DNA of 48,487 nt from Anaerolineae bacterium (GCA_041082215.1 JBDOIF010000047.1:62001-110487), one strand, 5' to 3'; counted from the stretch's first letter, positions 29,878 through 38,827 are shown. Translations and numbers: made by a program. Notes: a model not told the origin generated them from the letters alone.

Positions 29878-31198
29878 TCAGATAGTCCAGCTCCGCATAG
29901 GCCACCGTGGGATCGGCCTGCAGGCGGGCAAGGGTTGCTTCTTCCTCTCCCCCGGGCACCCATAGCTGCCAGGCCTGGAGAGAGGGGGAGTAGGCCGCCT
30001 CGGTCCCGTAGCGGAGCGCTGCCTGGTTGCCCGCCGTTCCTCCCCGGAAAGCGAGGATGATCCGGCCGGGGGCGTAGGGGGCGGCGGCGGAGGTGGCAGT
30101 GCTTCCCTGTGCCCAGTCGCTGACCCCATCCAGGCAGCGGGGCGATGGTCCCTGAGCTCCCTGGAGCAGGCTCTGATAGGCGTTGATGCGGCCGCAGCCG
30201 GTGTACATATCCCATCCGGGGGAGTCGAGGTCGTCGGCGTTGTCCAGGATCGCCGAAGCGACCTGGTCGGGCGTGTAGGTGGGGTAGCGGGCCCAGACCA
30301 GCGCGGCCAGGCCCGCCACGTGGGGAGTGGCCATCGAAGTGCCGCTTTTGTAGCCGTACCAGCCACCCACCAGTGTGCTGTAGATCGAGGTGCCTGGCGC
30401 GGCAATGCTGACGTGGGAGCCGTAGTTGGAATAGGAGGCGCGGGTGTCGTCTGAGTTTGTGGCGGCGACGCCCAGCACGTGGTTGCAGTTGGCGGGAAAG
30501 TTCGGGGTGTTGCCCTGCATATTGCCGGCGGCTGCTACCAGAAGCACACCCTTCTCGTAGGCATAGTCCACCGCGCTCTGCACATAGGAAGGGCAGGAGG
30601 CTGGCCCACCCAGGCTCATGTTGATCACCTGCGCCCCGTGGTCTGCGGCGTAGCGGATCGCCGCCGCCAGGTCGGATGCGTAACCGGAGCCAGCGGCATC
30701 CAGCACCCGGACAGAGAGGAGGGTCGCCTCCCAACCCAGGCCGGGTATGCCCTCCCCATTGTTTGTGGCCGCGGCGGCGATGCCCGCCACGTGCGTGCCG
30801 TGGCCGTTCTGGTCTTCGGCCACGTCGTCTTCCTCCACAAAGTCCCAATCCTCATCGGTCCTCAGTTTGTCGGCGAGGTCGGGGTGATCCAGGTCTATGC
30901 CGCTATCCAGCACTGCGATGAGGACGGTGGGCCTGCCTCGCGTCAGGCTCCAGGCTTTTGGCGCTTCGATCAGGCTTAACCCCCATTGCTGTTCAAAGTA
31001 GGGGTCGTTGGGATAGACCTCGTAGGTGGCGTCTGCGCTGGGGTTTGCCAGAACCAGCGGGAGGTAGAGGGTATGGGTAGTGACGGGGGCAGCGGGGACC
31101 GGCGCAGCCAGGGCGGGTTCGCTCCGTCCGGCCAGCGCGAGGGCAGACAGGCACAGTGGCATCAGGGCCAGAACGGGGACGATGATCACGCGACGCAT
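29864..31198 (-). CDS. Secreted thermitase-like S8 serine peptidase with C-terminal pro-domain-like segment
   Basis: Signal peptide, LYLPLV, PNDPYF..QW, DSG/HGTH/GTSMATP; C-terminal YAPGRIILAF...DPTVAYAELDY. Confidence 0.9.
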   Translation of the reverse strand: MRRVIIVPVLALMPLCLSALALAGRSEPALAAPVPAAPVTTHTLYLPLVLANPSADATYEVYPNDPYFEQQWGLSLIEAPKAWSLTRGRPTVLIAVLDSGIDLDHPDLADKLRTDEDWDFVEEDDVAEDQNGHGTHVAGIAAAATNNGEGIPGLGWEATLLSVRVLDAAGSGYASDLAAAIRYAADHGAQVINMSLGGPASCPSYVQSAVDYAYEKGVLLVAAAGNMQGNTPNFPANCNHVLGVAATNSDDTRASYSNYGSHVSIAAPGTSIYSTLVGGWYGYKSGTSMATPHVAGLAALVWARYPTYTPDQVASAILDNADDLDSPGWDMYTGCGRINAYQSLLQGAQGPSPRCLDGVSDWAQGSTATSAAAPYAPGRIILAFRGGTAGNQAALRYGTEAAYSPSLQAWQLWVPGGEEEATLARLQADPTVAYAELDYLITGW

Positions 31199-31282
31199 CT
31201 GTACCTTTCCCTCCGTTGCAGCTCTGTTGAGTCATCTTAACTTCCCCGCCAGGCGCGGCTCATCCCTCCTTTCATCAGGGCC

Positions 31283-31311
31283 ATTCTAACAGAGTTGGGG
31301 GGCGTATTCAA
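31283..31311 (-). promoter_or_regulatory. sigma70-type promoter of the small S8 gene
   Basis: TTGAAT-17 bp-TAGAAT on minus strand. Confidence 0.55.
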
Positions 31312-31377
31312 TGAGAAATCGGTCCTACAGGGGGTCAGCAAATTCCTTAAGGCTGGTCATTGGAGGTGGCTTTGGGC

Positions 31378-31410
31378 AAAGAAACACCCGGCCTCGGGTG
31401 AGGCCGGGTG
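31378..31410 (-). terminator. Intrinsic terminator of the LysM gene
   Basis: Perfect 11-bp stem cacccggcctc/gaggccgggtg followed by TTTCTTT on minus strand. Confidence 0.8.
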
Positions 31411-31434
31411 CTTCTGGAGGTGGTGGAGAGCAGG

Positions 31435-31893
31435 TTAGGGGTCGGCGGGGATACAGATTGTGTCGCCGGCACGGATGTAGTTCAGGTTGTAGATATGGTT
31501 GCACTCGGCGATGCGCCAGGCGCTCACCCCAAACCGCATCGCGATCCTGAGGAGAGTGTCCCCGCTGACGATGGTGTAGTAGGCTTTACAGGCGCAGGGG
31601 TAGGACGGGAACGTGCCGAATTGCGGCGTACAGACGGGGCCAGGAGGGAGCGAGGCGTAGACGGCCGGGATCGCCAGGACCAGGCCTGGATAGATGCGGT
31701 TGACGTTGACGATCCCGTTCTGAGAGGCGATCGCCCAGGGGCTTACGCCGTAGGCGCGGCCGATGCAGTAGAGACTCTCGCCTGGCCGAACAACATGGTA
31801 GCCCAGGATGGTCCAACCCGCCGATACGGTGGCGGGCTGTAATGTCAGGCTCAGAAGGAGGACCAGTCCTGTAATCAGGGCTGCTCTTTTCAT
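31435..31893 (-). CDS. Secreted protein with two LysM domains
   Basis: Signal peptide; YHVVRPGESL..I..N.I....IYPG and YTIVSGDTL..IA..N.I....IRAG. Confidence 0.92.
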   Translation of the reverse strand: MKRAALITGLVLLLSLTLQPATVSAGWTILGYHVVRPGESLYCIGRAYGVSPWAIASQNGIVNVNRIYPGLVLAIPAVYASLPPGPVCTPQFGTFPSYPCACKAYYTIVSGDTLLRIAMRFGVSAWRIAECNHIYNLNYIRAGDTICIPADP

Positions 31894-31986
31894 AAGGACA
31901 CCTCCTTTCCAAGAGCAGAAGCGAAAAACGCACTGTTTACATTATCATTATACAGGAAATTGTCAAAAAAACAAAGCTAATGCGTT

Positions 31987-33267
31987 TCAATTTGGTAGCA
32001 GGTTTGTGACCGGGTTACCGGGAGACGTGGAGGGGGGCAGGCAGTCTCTGTACACTGCCTCGATGCGGTCGGCGATGAGGGGCCAGGCGTACCCCTGCGC
32101 CCAGCAGGAGGCCCGTTGTCCCATCCGTCGTCGCAGCCCCTCATCGGTCAGCAGACGGATGATCTTCTCCGCCAGTGCGCCGGGGTCGCGGGCGGGAACC
32201 CGATAGCCGGTGTGGCCCTGACGGACCAGATAGGCAAGCCCGCCCACATCGGAGGCGATGACGGGGGTGCCGCAGGCCATCGCTTCCAGTGCCACCATCC
32301 CGAAGCTCTCGTAGTCGCTGGGCATCACCACCATCTCGGCGGAGGCGTAGTAGTACTGGAGCACGTCCTGATCCTGCGCACCCAGGAACGTGACCACCTC
32401 CTCGATCCCCAGCCCGGCCCGAAGCGCCTGCAGCCGGATCATCTCATCGTTGTCCTCTATGCTGTAGGGATTGCCGCCGATAATCGGCACGCACATCCTG
32501 CAGATCAGCTCAGGATGCCTCTCTTTTATCAGGGAGATGGCCCAGAGCAGGGTGTCAATCCCTTTCAGGGGCTCGATCCGCCCCACAAACAGGATGGCAC
32601 GGCAACTGGGGTCCAGGCCGACGTGCTGCTTGGCCTGGGCGGAGGGAATGGGATGGAACCGCTCCAGGTCCACTCCCGGCGGGACGACGCGGATGCGCGC
32701 CGGGTCCGCCCCGTACAGTTCGACCAGCTGGGTTTCCTCCGCAGGGGTTGCCGCGACGATCCGATCAGCGAAGCGGACAATCTCCTCTTCGGTCCGAATG
32801 CGACAGGATGGCTCCTGGGCCTGGGGGGTTCGGGCGACCCGGTCTTTCATCTTCCCCAGTGTGTGGAACATGTGGACGATCGGCACCTTCCACCGGTCTC
32901 GAAGCTCACGGGCGACCCAGCCTGAAAGCCAGTAATGGCTGTGGATCAGGTCGTAGGTGATGCCGTCCTGTACTGCCTGTTCCAGGACCCCCTCGACGAA
33001 CTGTGGGAGGTGGTCGTACACCAGGTGCTTGGGATACGGCTCCTGGGGGCCGGCGGGGATATGGATCACCCGCGCTCCCCGCCCCAGCGCCTGACTGATG
33101 CGCGGGACCGTGGGGTCTTGCGAGCGGGTGTAGATGTCCACCAGATGGCCGCGGCGGGCCAGCTCCCGGCTAAGGTCCCGCACATAGACGTTCATACCCC
33201 CGGTCTCCTTCCCGCCCAGCGTCGCCAGCGGGCAGGTGTGGACGCTGATCTGAGCGATACGGAGCAT
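31987..33267 (-). CDS. GT4 glycosyltransferase, MshA-like
   Basis: SVHTCPL..GGMNVY, HSHYWLSG, GRIEPLKG, ESFGMVALEA. Confidence 0.88.
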   Translation of the reverse strand: MLRIAQISVHTCPLATLGGKETGGMNVYVRDLSRELARRGHLVDIYTRSQDPTVPRISQALGRGARVIHIPAGPQEPYPKHLVYDHLPQFVEGVLEQAVQDGITYDLIHSHYWLSGWVARELRDRWKVPIVHMFHTLGKMKDRVARTPQAQEPSCRIRTEEEIVRFADRIVAATPAEETQLVELYGADPARIRVVPPGVDLERFHPIPSAQAKQHVGLDPSCRAILFVGRIEPLKGIDTLLWAISLIKERHPELICRMCVPIIGGNPYSIEDNDEMIRLQALRAGLGIEEVVTFLGAQDQDVLQYYYASAEMVVMPSDYESFGMVALEAMACGTPVIASDVGGLAYLVRQGHTGYRVPARDPGALAEKIIRLLTDEGLRRRMGQRASCWAQGYAWPLIADRIEAVYRDCLPPSTSPGNPVTNLLPN

Positions 33268-33327
33268 CGGAATGCACACCTCCTTGCATTCTATTCTATC
33301 CTATTATTCTCCTTATGCAAGAGCATA

Positions 33328-33371
33328 TAGGACAAGCCGAAGCTTGTCCTACATCAATCCGATGCTATAAT
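33328..33371 (+). promoter_or_regulatory. FGGY kinase promoter with a perfect palindrome over its -35
   Basis: TTGTCC-16 bp-TATAAT with TG extension; TAGGACAAGC-CGAA-GCTTGTCCTA at 33328-33351. Confidence 0.6.
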
Positions 33372-33426
33372 CCCTGTATAGTTTCCAGTCGGTCTACCAC
33401 GTTTTCAGCTCGTAGTGAGGTGAGGC

Positions 33427-34968
33427 ATGTCTCAATACATTATCGCCCACGATGTGGGCACTGGCGGCAACAAAGCCGTCCTGACCGATACGGAGGGCAA
33501 CATCCTCGCCACTGCCTTTGCCCCCTATCCGGTCCATTATCCCCGGCCCGACTGGGCGGAACAGGAGCCCGACGACTGGTGGAACGCCATCGTCACCACC
33601 ACCCGCCAGGTCCTGGAACGGGGAGGGGTCTCTCCAAAGGACGTGCTGGCGGTGGTCCACACCACCCAGATGCTGGGCATCCTCCCTATAGGGAGGGACG
33701 GGCGGCCGCTGCGCCCCGCCATCATCTGGCTGGACGGTCGGGCCCACGAGCAGGCGGAGCGGCTGATGCGTAAATTCCTCGGTCCAGGAGTCTTCACCCT
33801 TGTGGCCGGGGCAGAGCTGACCGGCAAGGACGGCCTGCCCAAGCTCCTCTGGCTCAAGGAAAAGGAGCCGGAAGTCTACGGGAAGATGGCCTGTTTCCTC
33901 GACGTCAACGGCTATCTCACCTACCGGGCCACCGGCGAGCAGGTCTTTGAGTGGTCCTGCGCCTCCGCCTTCGGGCTGGACCTGAAGAAGAAGGATTGGC
34001 TGCGGGGGATCATCCGATATATGGGGCTGGATGTGGGGAAGTTCCCTCCGCTGGTACGCTCGACCGACCGGGTGGGGGGGATGAAGCGGGAGGCGGCGGA
34101 GGCGTGCGGGCTGCTGGAGGGGACCCCCGTCTTTGGCGGTTGCGGCGACGCCCAGGGTGCGGCGGTCGGATCGGGGGCGGTGGGTGAAGGGGACGGCCAC
34201 ATCTATCTGGGCACTTCCGGCTGGGTCGGCGTCGTCACCCGGAAGACCCCCACTGGCCGCCACGGGGTGGTCGCCATCCAGGCCGCCGACCCCGAAAAGG
34301 CCTTCCTCTTCTCGGAGATGGAGACTGCCGGGGCATGCCTCAAGTGGATCGCCGACGAGTTCTACCAGCATGAGCAGGCCGACCCCAGCATCCCCAACGT
34401 CTACGCGCTGATGGACAGGAAGGTCGAAACGGTGCCGCCCGGCTCCAACTACCTGCTCTTCACCCCCTGGATGTACGGAGAGCGGTCCCCCGTGAGCGAT
34501 GTCTTTGTCCGCTCTACCTTCTTCAACCTGAGCGCGGACCACACGCGGGAGCACCTGTTGCGGGCAGTATATGAGGGGGTGGCCTACAACCTGCGCTGGA
34601 TGGTCGAGATCGTGGAGAGACATTTTGGCTTCCCGTTGCCGGTGTTGCGGGCGATCGGCGGCGGAGCCCGGGGTGTGCCATGGATGCAGATTATCGCCGA
34701 TGTAACCGGCCGCCGGGTGGAGACGGTGGTCAACCCACAGGAAGCAGGTGCGGTAGGCGCGGCGCTCCTGGCCGGCATCGGCCTGGGGCTGTATCCGGAT
34801 TTCGAGGCGCTCAAGAAGGTCGTCCGTGTGGAGCGGACCTATGAGCCCAGGACGGAGAACGCGGAGGTGTACGGGCTGCTCTACCAGGCCTACCGCCAGC
34901 TCTACAGTTCTCTGCAGAAGCTATATCGGGAGGTGAATGGGGTAAGATTTCGAGAACGTCCAAAGTAG
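33427..34968 (+). CDS. FGGY-family carbohydrate kinase (xylulokinase-like)
   Basis: HDVGTGGNK, EQEPDDWW, IIWLDGR, GCGD, LGTSGW, GERSP, RAVYEGVA, GGGA. Confidence 0.92.
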   Translation: MSQYIIAHDVGTGGNKAVLTDTEGNILATAFAPYPVHYPRPDWAEQEPDDWWNAIVTTTRQVLERGGVSPKDVLAVVHTTQMLGILPIGRDGRPLRPAIIWLDGRAHEQAERLMRKFLGPGVFTLVAGAELTGKDGLPKLLWLKEKEPEVYGKMACFLDVNGYLTYRATGEQVFEWSCASAFGLDLKKKDWLRGIIRYMGLDVGKFPPLVRSTDRVGGMKREAAEACGLLEGTPVFGGCGDAQGAAVGSGAVGEGDGHIYLGTSGWVGVVTRKTPTGRHGVVAIQAADPEKAFLFSEMETAGACLKWIADEFYQHEQADPSIPNVYALMDRKVETVPPGSNYLLFTPWMYGERSPVSDVFVRSTFFNLSADHTREHLLRAVYEGVAYNLRWMVEIVERHFGFPLPVLRAIGGGARGVPWMQIIADVTGRRVETVVNPQEAGAVGAALLAGIGLGLYPDFEALKKVVRVERTYEPRTENAEVYGLLYQAYRQLYSSLQKLYREVNGVRFRERPK

Positions 34969-35042
34969 GGGAGCCCCTTCGGCTCCTCTGAATAGGTCGT
35001 GGGGCACGGCGATTCCGGTAAGGGCACCGTCGGGGTCGCCCC

Positions 35043-35399
35043 CTATTCTTCTGTGGTGAACTCCCCCTCGATCACCGTCGGCTCTTCTGCCGACCACTCT
35101 TCGATCTTCGCCCCCAGCGCCTTCAGGTGCTCCCGGACCACATCGGCGGGGCAAAGCTCGATGAAGAGCTTGATCCCCAGAAGGAGAACCGCCAGATCGT
35201 CCAGCTGCCCCAACCCCAAACCCAGATCGGGCAGAATATCAATTGGTGAGAGCAGGTAGGCCAGGATCGCGGGGGGGATCAGCTTGACGGGCCACGGAAC
35301 CCGGGAGTCCAGGAAGAGCCGCCAGGCCAGACGGGCCTGGCGAAACAGCTCCCGGATCCAGGATATGAAGACGTTGGTCTCTTCCGGAAGAGATGGCAT
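35043..35399 (-). CDS. YkvA/DUF1232 family protein
   Basis: YLLSPIDILPD..GLGQLDD; start could be 35438. Confidence 0.85.
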   Translation of the reverse strand: MPSLPEETNVFISWIRELFRQARLAWRLFLDSRVPWPVKLIPPAILAYLLSPIDILPDLGLGLGQLDDLAVLLLGIKLFIELCPADVVREHLKALGAKIEEWSAEEPTVIEGEFTTEE

Positions 35400-35578
35400 C
35401 CTTTCCTCTCCCCTCCGAGCAGGCAATCTCGTGCTCATCAACTTCTCCTCAATGCGCCGGATGCTGAAGGGATTATACACCCTTCGTGGAAAACGGCAAC
35501 CGATCCTTCTCCGTGCCCCCCTTTTCGTTTCCGCCAAGTCGGGGTATAATAACCTGACTTTGAGGACAAGGACTGTTT

Positions 35579-37642
35579 ATGGCACCGATCTTTCCCTTTA
35601 CGGCGATTGTGGATCAGGACCGGATGCGCCGGGCGCTGATCCTGAACGCGGTTTACCCCCAGATCGGCGGGGTGTTGATCCGGGGGGAGCGAGGCACGGC
35701 CAAATCCACCGCCGCCCGTGCCCTGGCGGCGCTCCTGCCGGAGATCGAGGTCGTTGCCGATTGCCCCTTCTCCTGCGATCCCGACCAGCCAGCCACCTGG
35801 TGCACCCTCTGCCAGGAACGAACCGGGGCCGGGGAGAAGCTCCCCCGCTCCCGACGCCGAACCCGCTTTGTGGACCTGCCCGTCAGCGCGACAGAGGACC
35901 GGGTGGTGGGCACCCTCGACATCGAACGGGCAATCCAGAAAGGAGAACGCCACTTTGACCCCGGCGTCCTGGCCGCTGCCAATCGGGGGGTCCTCTACGT
36001 GGACGAGGTGAACCTGCTGGACGACCACGTGGTGGACATCCTGCTGGACGCGGCGGCGATGGGGGTGAACGTGGTCGAGCGGGAGGGGATCTCCTTCACC
36101 CACCCGGCCCGCTTCATCCTTATAGGGACGATGAACCCGGAGGAGGGGGACCTGCGCCCCCAGCTTCTGGACCGGTTCGCCCTCTGTGTGGATATCCGGG
36201 GGGTGACGGACCCGGCTTCCCGTGTGCTGATTATGGAGCGCAACCTGGCCTTCGAGGCCGACCCTGAGGGGTTTGTCGCCGAGTGGGCGCCAAGAGAACA
36301 GGCGCTTTCCCGGGAGATCGCCGCCGCCCGCGACCTTCTTCCTTATGTCCGTTACACCCATGCCGACCTGGCGGTTATCGCCCGGCTGACCTCAGAGCTG
36401 GGAGTGGACGGCCACCGGCCCGACCTGGTGATCCTCAAGACGGCCCGCGCCCACGCCGCCTTCGAGGGCCGCACCCGCATCAACGACCGGGACATCCTGC
36501 TGGCGGCGGAGCTTGCCCTGCCCCACCGTCTCAAGCGACACCCCCTCCAGCAGGTAGAAGTGACGCTGGATAACCTCAACAGCCGGCTCGCCGAGGCCCG
36601 TGCCGAAGTCCCTCCCGATCCGGAGGAACCGACGGAAGGGGAAGAGGCCCTGGGCGAGGAAAAAAAAACGGCATTGACGGTTGAGGAGGGGGAGGAGAAC
36701 GCCCCCTCGCGGGATCGGGAACTCCCCCAGGAACCTTCCCTCCAGACCATTCCCCGCACCCCTTCCGACGGGCAGTGGTGGGAGGGAGGGAAGGAGATCG
36801 CGGTGGGGGAGGTGTTCGAACCCCGTCGGCTCGATACCCCCCTGGACCGGCTGACCCGGTCCGGGAGGGGCCGCCGCAGCCGCACCTACACCGACCGGAA
36901 GCGGGGCCGATACGTACAGGCCCGCCCCTCCCCGGACAACCCCGACGACCTGGCCTTCGATGCCACTATGCGGGCTGCCGCTCCCTATCAGCTCCAGCGT
37001 CGGCGTCCAGATGGCCCTGCCCTTGCCATCCGTCCCTCCGACTACCAGCGCAAAGTGCGGGTCCGCCGAGCAGCCAATCTGATCCTCTTCGTGGTGGATG
37101 CTTCCTGGTCTATGGCGGTGGCGGAACGGATGCAGGCCACCAAGGGGGCGGTGATGTCCCTCCTCACCGATGCTTACCAGCGCCGGGACCGGGTGGGGCT
37201 GGTGGTTTTCCAGAAAAACACCGCCCGGGTGGTGCTGCCCCCCACCAACAGCGTCGAGCTGGCCCAGCGGGCGCTGGCCGACATCCCCGTCGGCGGTAAG
37301 ACCCCCCTCTCGGCCGGCCTTCAGATGGCCTACGAGGTCATCACCCGGGAGCTGCGCCAGCATCCGGACCTGGCTCCGCTGATGGTGCTCCTCACCGACG
37401 GGGCGGGAAACGTCTCCATGACCGATATACCACCTCAGGAGGAGGCCCACCGCATCGCCGATCTCTTCCCCCAGGCTGAGATCCGGTCGGTGGTCATCAA
37501 TATGGAGCACAAGGCCTTCGACCAGGGATATGCCCAGGCGCTGGCCGATCACCTGCAAGCCCCCTGCTACACCCTCGAACAGCTCCACGCCGAAGCGCTG
37601 CTGGAGACGGTGCGCGGGGAGCTGGAGGTCGGGGCAGTATGA
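35579..37642 (+). CDS. Mg/Co chelatase ChlD-like protein (AAA+ module, acidic linker, vWA domain)
   Basis: FPFTAIV, GERGTAKST, LYVDEVNLL, NPEEGDLRPQLLDRF, VDASWSM, GGKTPL, LTDG. Confidence 0.9.
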   Translation: MAPIFPFTAIVDQDRMRRALILNAVYPQIGGVLIRGERGTAKSTAARALAALLPEIEVVADCPFSCDPDQPATWCTLCQERTGAGEKLPRSRRRTRFVDLPVSATEDRVVGTLDIERAIQKGERHFDPGVLAAANRGVLYVDEVNLLDDHVVDILLDAAAMGVNVVEREGISFTHPARFILIGTMNPEEGDLRPQLLDRFALCVDIRGVTDPASRVLIMERNLAFEADPEGFVAEWAPREQALSREIAAARDLLPYVRYTHADLAVIARLTSELGVDGHRPDLVILKTARAHAAFEGRTRINDRDILLAAELALPHRLKRHPLQQVEVTLDNLNSRLAEARAEVPPDPEEPTEGEEALGEEKKTALTVEEGEENAPSRDRELPQEPSLQTIPRTPSDGQWWEGGKEIAVGEVFEPRRLDTPLDRLTRSGRGRRSRTYTDRKRGRYVQARPSPDNPDDLAFDATMRAAAPYQLQRRRPDGPALAIRPSDYQRKVRVRRAANLILFVVDASWSMAVAERMQATKGAVMSLLTDAYQRRDRVGLVVFQKNTARVVLPPTNSVELAQRALADIPVGGKTPLSAGLQMAYEVITRELRQHPDLAPLMVLLTDGAGNVSMTDIPPQEEAHRIADLFPQAEIRSVVINMEHKAFDQGYAQALADHLQAPCYTLEQLHAEALLETVRGELEVGAV
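36660..36684 (+). other. A9 slippery site with nearby stops in both shifted frames
   Basis: GAA AAA AAA ACG; TGA at 36675 (+1 frame) and 36682 (-1 frame). Confidence 0.65.
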
Positions 37643-38379
37643 GCCGTGAGACCTTCGATGTCCTTTTCTTTGTGGCTCGCCCGGCGGCAGGAAAGAGTGA
37701 GATCATAGATTACCTCACCCGGACCGATGTGGAAGAACGGCGACGCCGGTTTCATATCGGTTCTTTCGAGGTGCTGGACGATTTCCCCATGCTCTGGGCC
37801 TGGTTCGAGGAGGACGCGGTCCTGCGCAGGATGGGCTACCCCGGCCTTCACACCGACGATGAGGGGTATTTCAGGTATCCCTACCTCTGGCATGCGCTCA
37901 TCGAGCTGCTGTCGCTTGAGTTTGAGAAGCGGGAGCGGGACCGCCCGCCCAACCATGAGGTCACCACTATTGTGGAGTTTTCGCGGGGAAGCCCGATGGG
38001 TGGCTACCGGGAGGCCTTCCACCACTTCCCGGAGGAGATGCTGGCCCGGGGAGCGATCTTATATATCAGGGTTTCCTACGAGGAGTCGCTGCGGAAGAAC
38101 CGGCTCCGGTTCAACCCGGACCGGCCGGATTCCGTCCTGGAGCACAGCCTGCCCGATGATAAAATGGAGCGGCTGTATAAGGAGGACGACTGGGAGCTTT
38201 TCACCGCCGCCGATCCGGAGTTCGTTGGGGTAAAAGGGGTGCAGGTCCCCTACGTGGTGTTCGAGAACGAGGACGATGTGACGTCGGGACGGGGGGAGCT
38301 GCTGGGACAGCGGCTGGAGGCGGCCCTGAACCGGCTCTGGGCGATCTGGTCCAGACGTGGAGATAGAGAAGGGTTCTGA
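37639..38379 (+). CDS. Hypothetical protein with N-terminal P-loop-like motif
   Basis: ARPAAGKSE; ATGA overlap with chelatase gene; 246 aa. Confidence 0.7.
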   Translation: MSRETFDVLFFVARPAAGKSEIIDYLTRTDVEERRRRFHIGSFEVLDDFPMLWAWFEEDAVLRRMGYPGLHTDDEGYFRYPYLWHALIELLSLEFEKRERDRPPNHEVTTIVEFSRGSPMGGYREAFHHFPEEMLARGAILYIRVSYEESLRKNRLRFNPDRPDSVLEHSLPDDKMERLYKEDDWELFTAADPEFVGVKGVQVPYVVFENEDDVTSGRGELLGQRLEAALNRLWAIWSRRGDREGF

Positions 38380-38384
38380 AAAGA

Positions 38385-38412
38385 CTCCGTGTCCTCTGTG
38401 TCTCTGTGGTGA
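38385..38412. repeat. Periodic repeat arm
   Basis: ctccgtgtcctctgtgtctctgtggtga. Confidence 0.7.
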
Positions 38413-38420
38413 GATAGAGA

Positions 38421-38459
38421 AACCGCACGGTCTGCGGAGGGACCGTGCGGTTGCTTTTT
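38421..38459. terminator. Probable terminator between convergent genes
   Basis: 12-bp stem aaccgcacggtc/gaccgtgcggtt followed by gcttttt. Confidence 0.75.
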
Positions 38460-38481
38460 GCGAAGGGCCTGTTCTACGGGT

Positions 38482-38781
38482 CTAGTAGCGGCGGCGGCCC
38501 CCGCCGCGTCGCTCATCTCGCTGTCCGTGGGTCTGCTGGGGCCGTGCTTCGGCTACCTTGATAGCACGCCCGTCCACCACACGACCGTTGAGCTGTGCGA
38601 CGGCCTCCTGGGCAGCGTCATGCTCGGCCATCTCGACGAAGCCAAAGCCCCGCGAACGGCCTGTCATCCGATCTGTGATAATGTTGACGGAGACCACCTG
38701 ACCGATCGTTCCGAAAAGCTCGGTCAGGGTGTCCTCGGTTGTCGTGTAACTCAGGTTACCGACATAAAGCTTTTTGGACAT
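38482..38781 (-). CDS. RRM RNA-binding protein
   Basis: RNP2 LYVGNL, RNP1 RGFGFVEM, RGG-like tail. Confidence 0.95.
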   Translation of the reverse strand: MSKKLYVGNLSYTTTEDTLTELFGTIGQVVSVNIITDRMTGRSRGFGFVEMAEHDAAQEAVAQLNGRVVDGRAIKVAEARPQQTHGQRDERRGGGRRRY

Positions 38782-38827
38782 CCTCTTCTTCCCTCCAGAC
38801 GCGGCCCAAGGCCGCCTGCCACACAGG

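Noticed and set aside
31981..31995. TGCGTTTCAATTTGG as a MITE-A end
   Set aside because: Short 13/15 match overlapping a stop codon, with no partner end or duplication.
33427..34968. FGGY kinase as part of the GRE pathway
   Set aside because: About 5 kb away, on the opposite strand, with unrelated genes between; needs cross-genome synteny.
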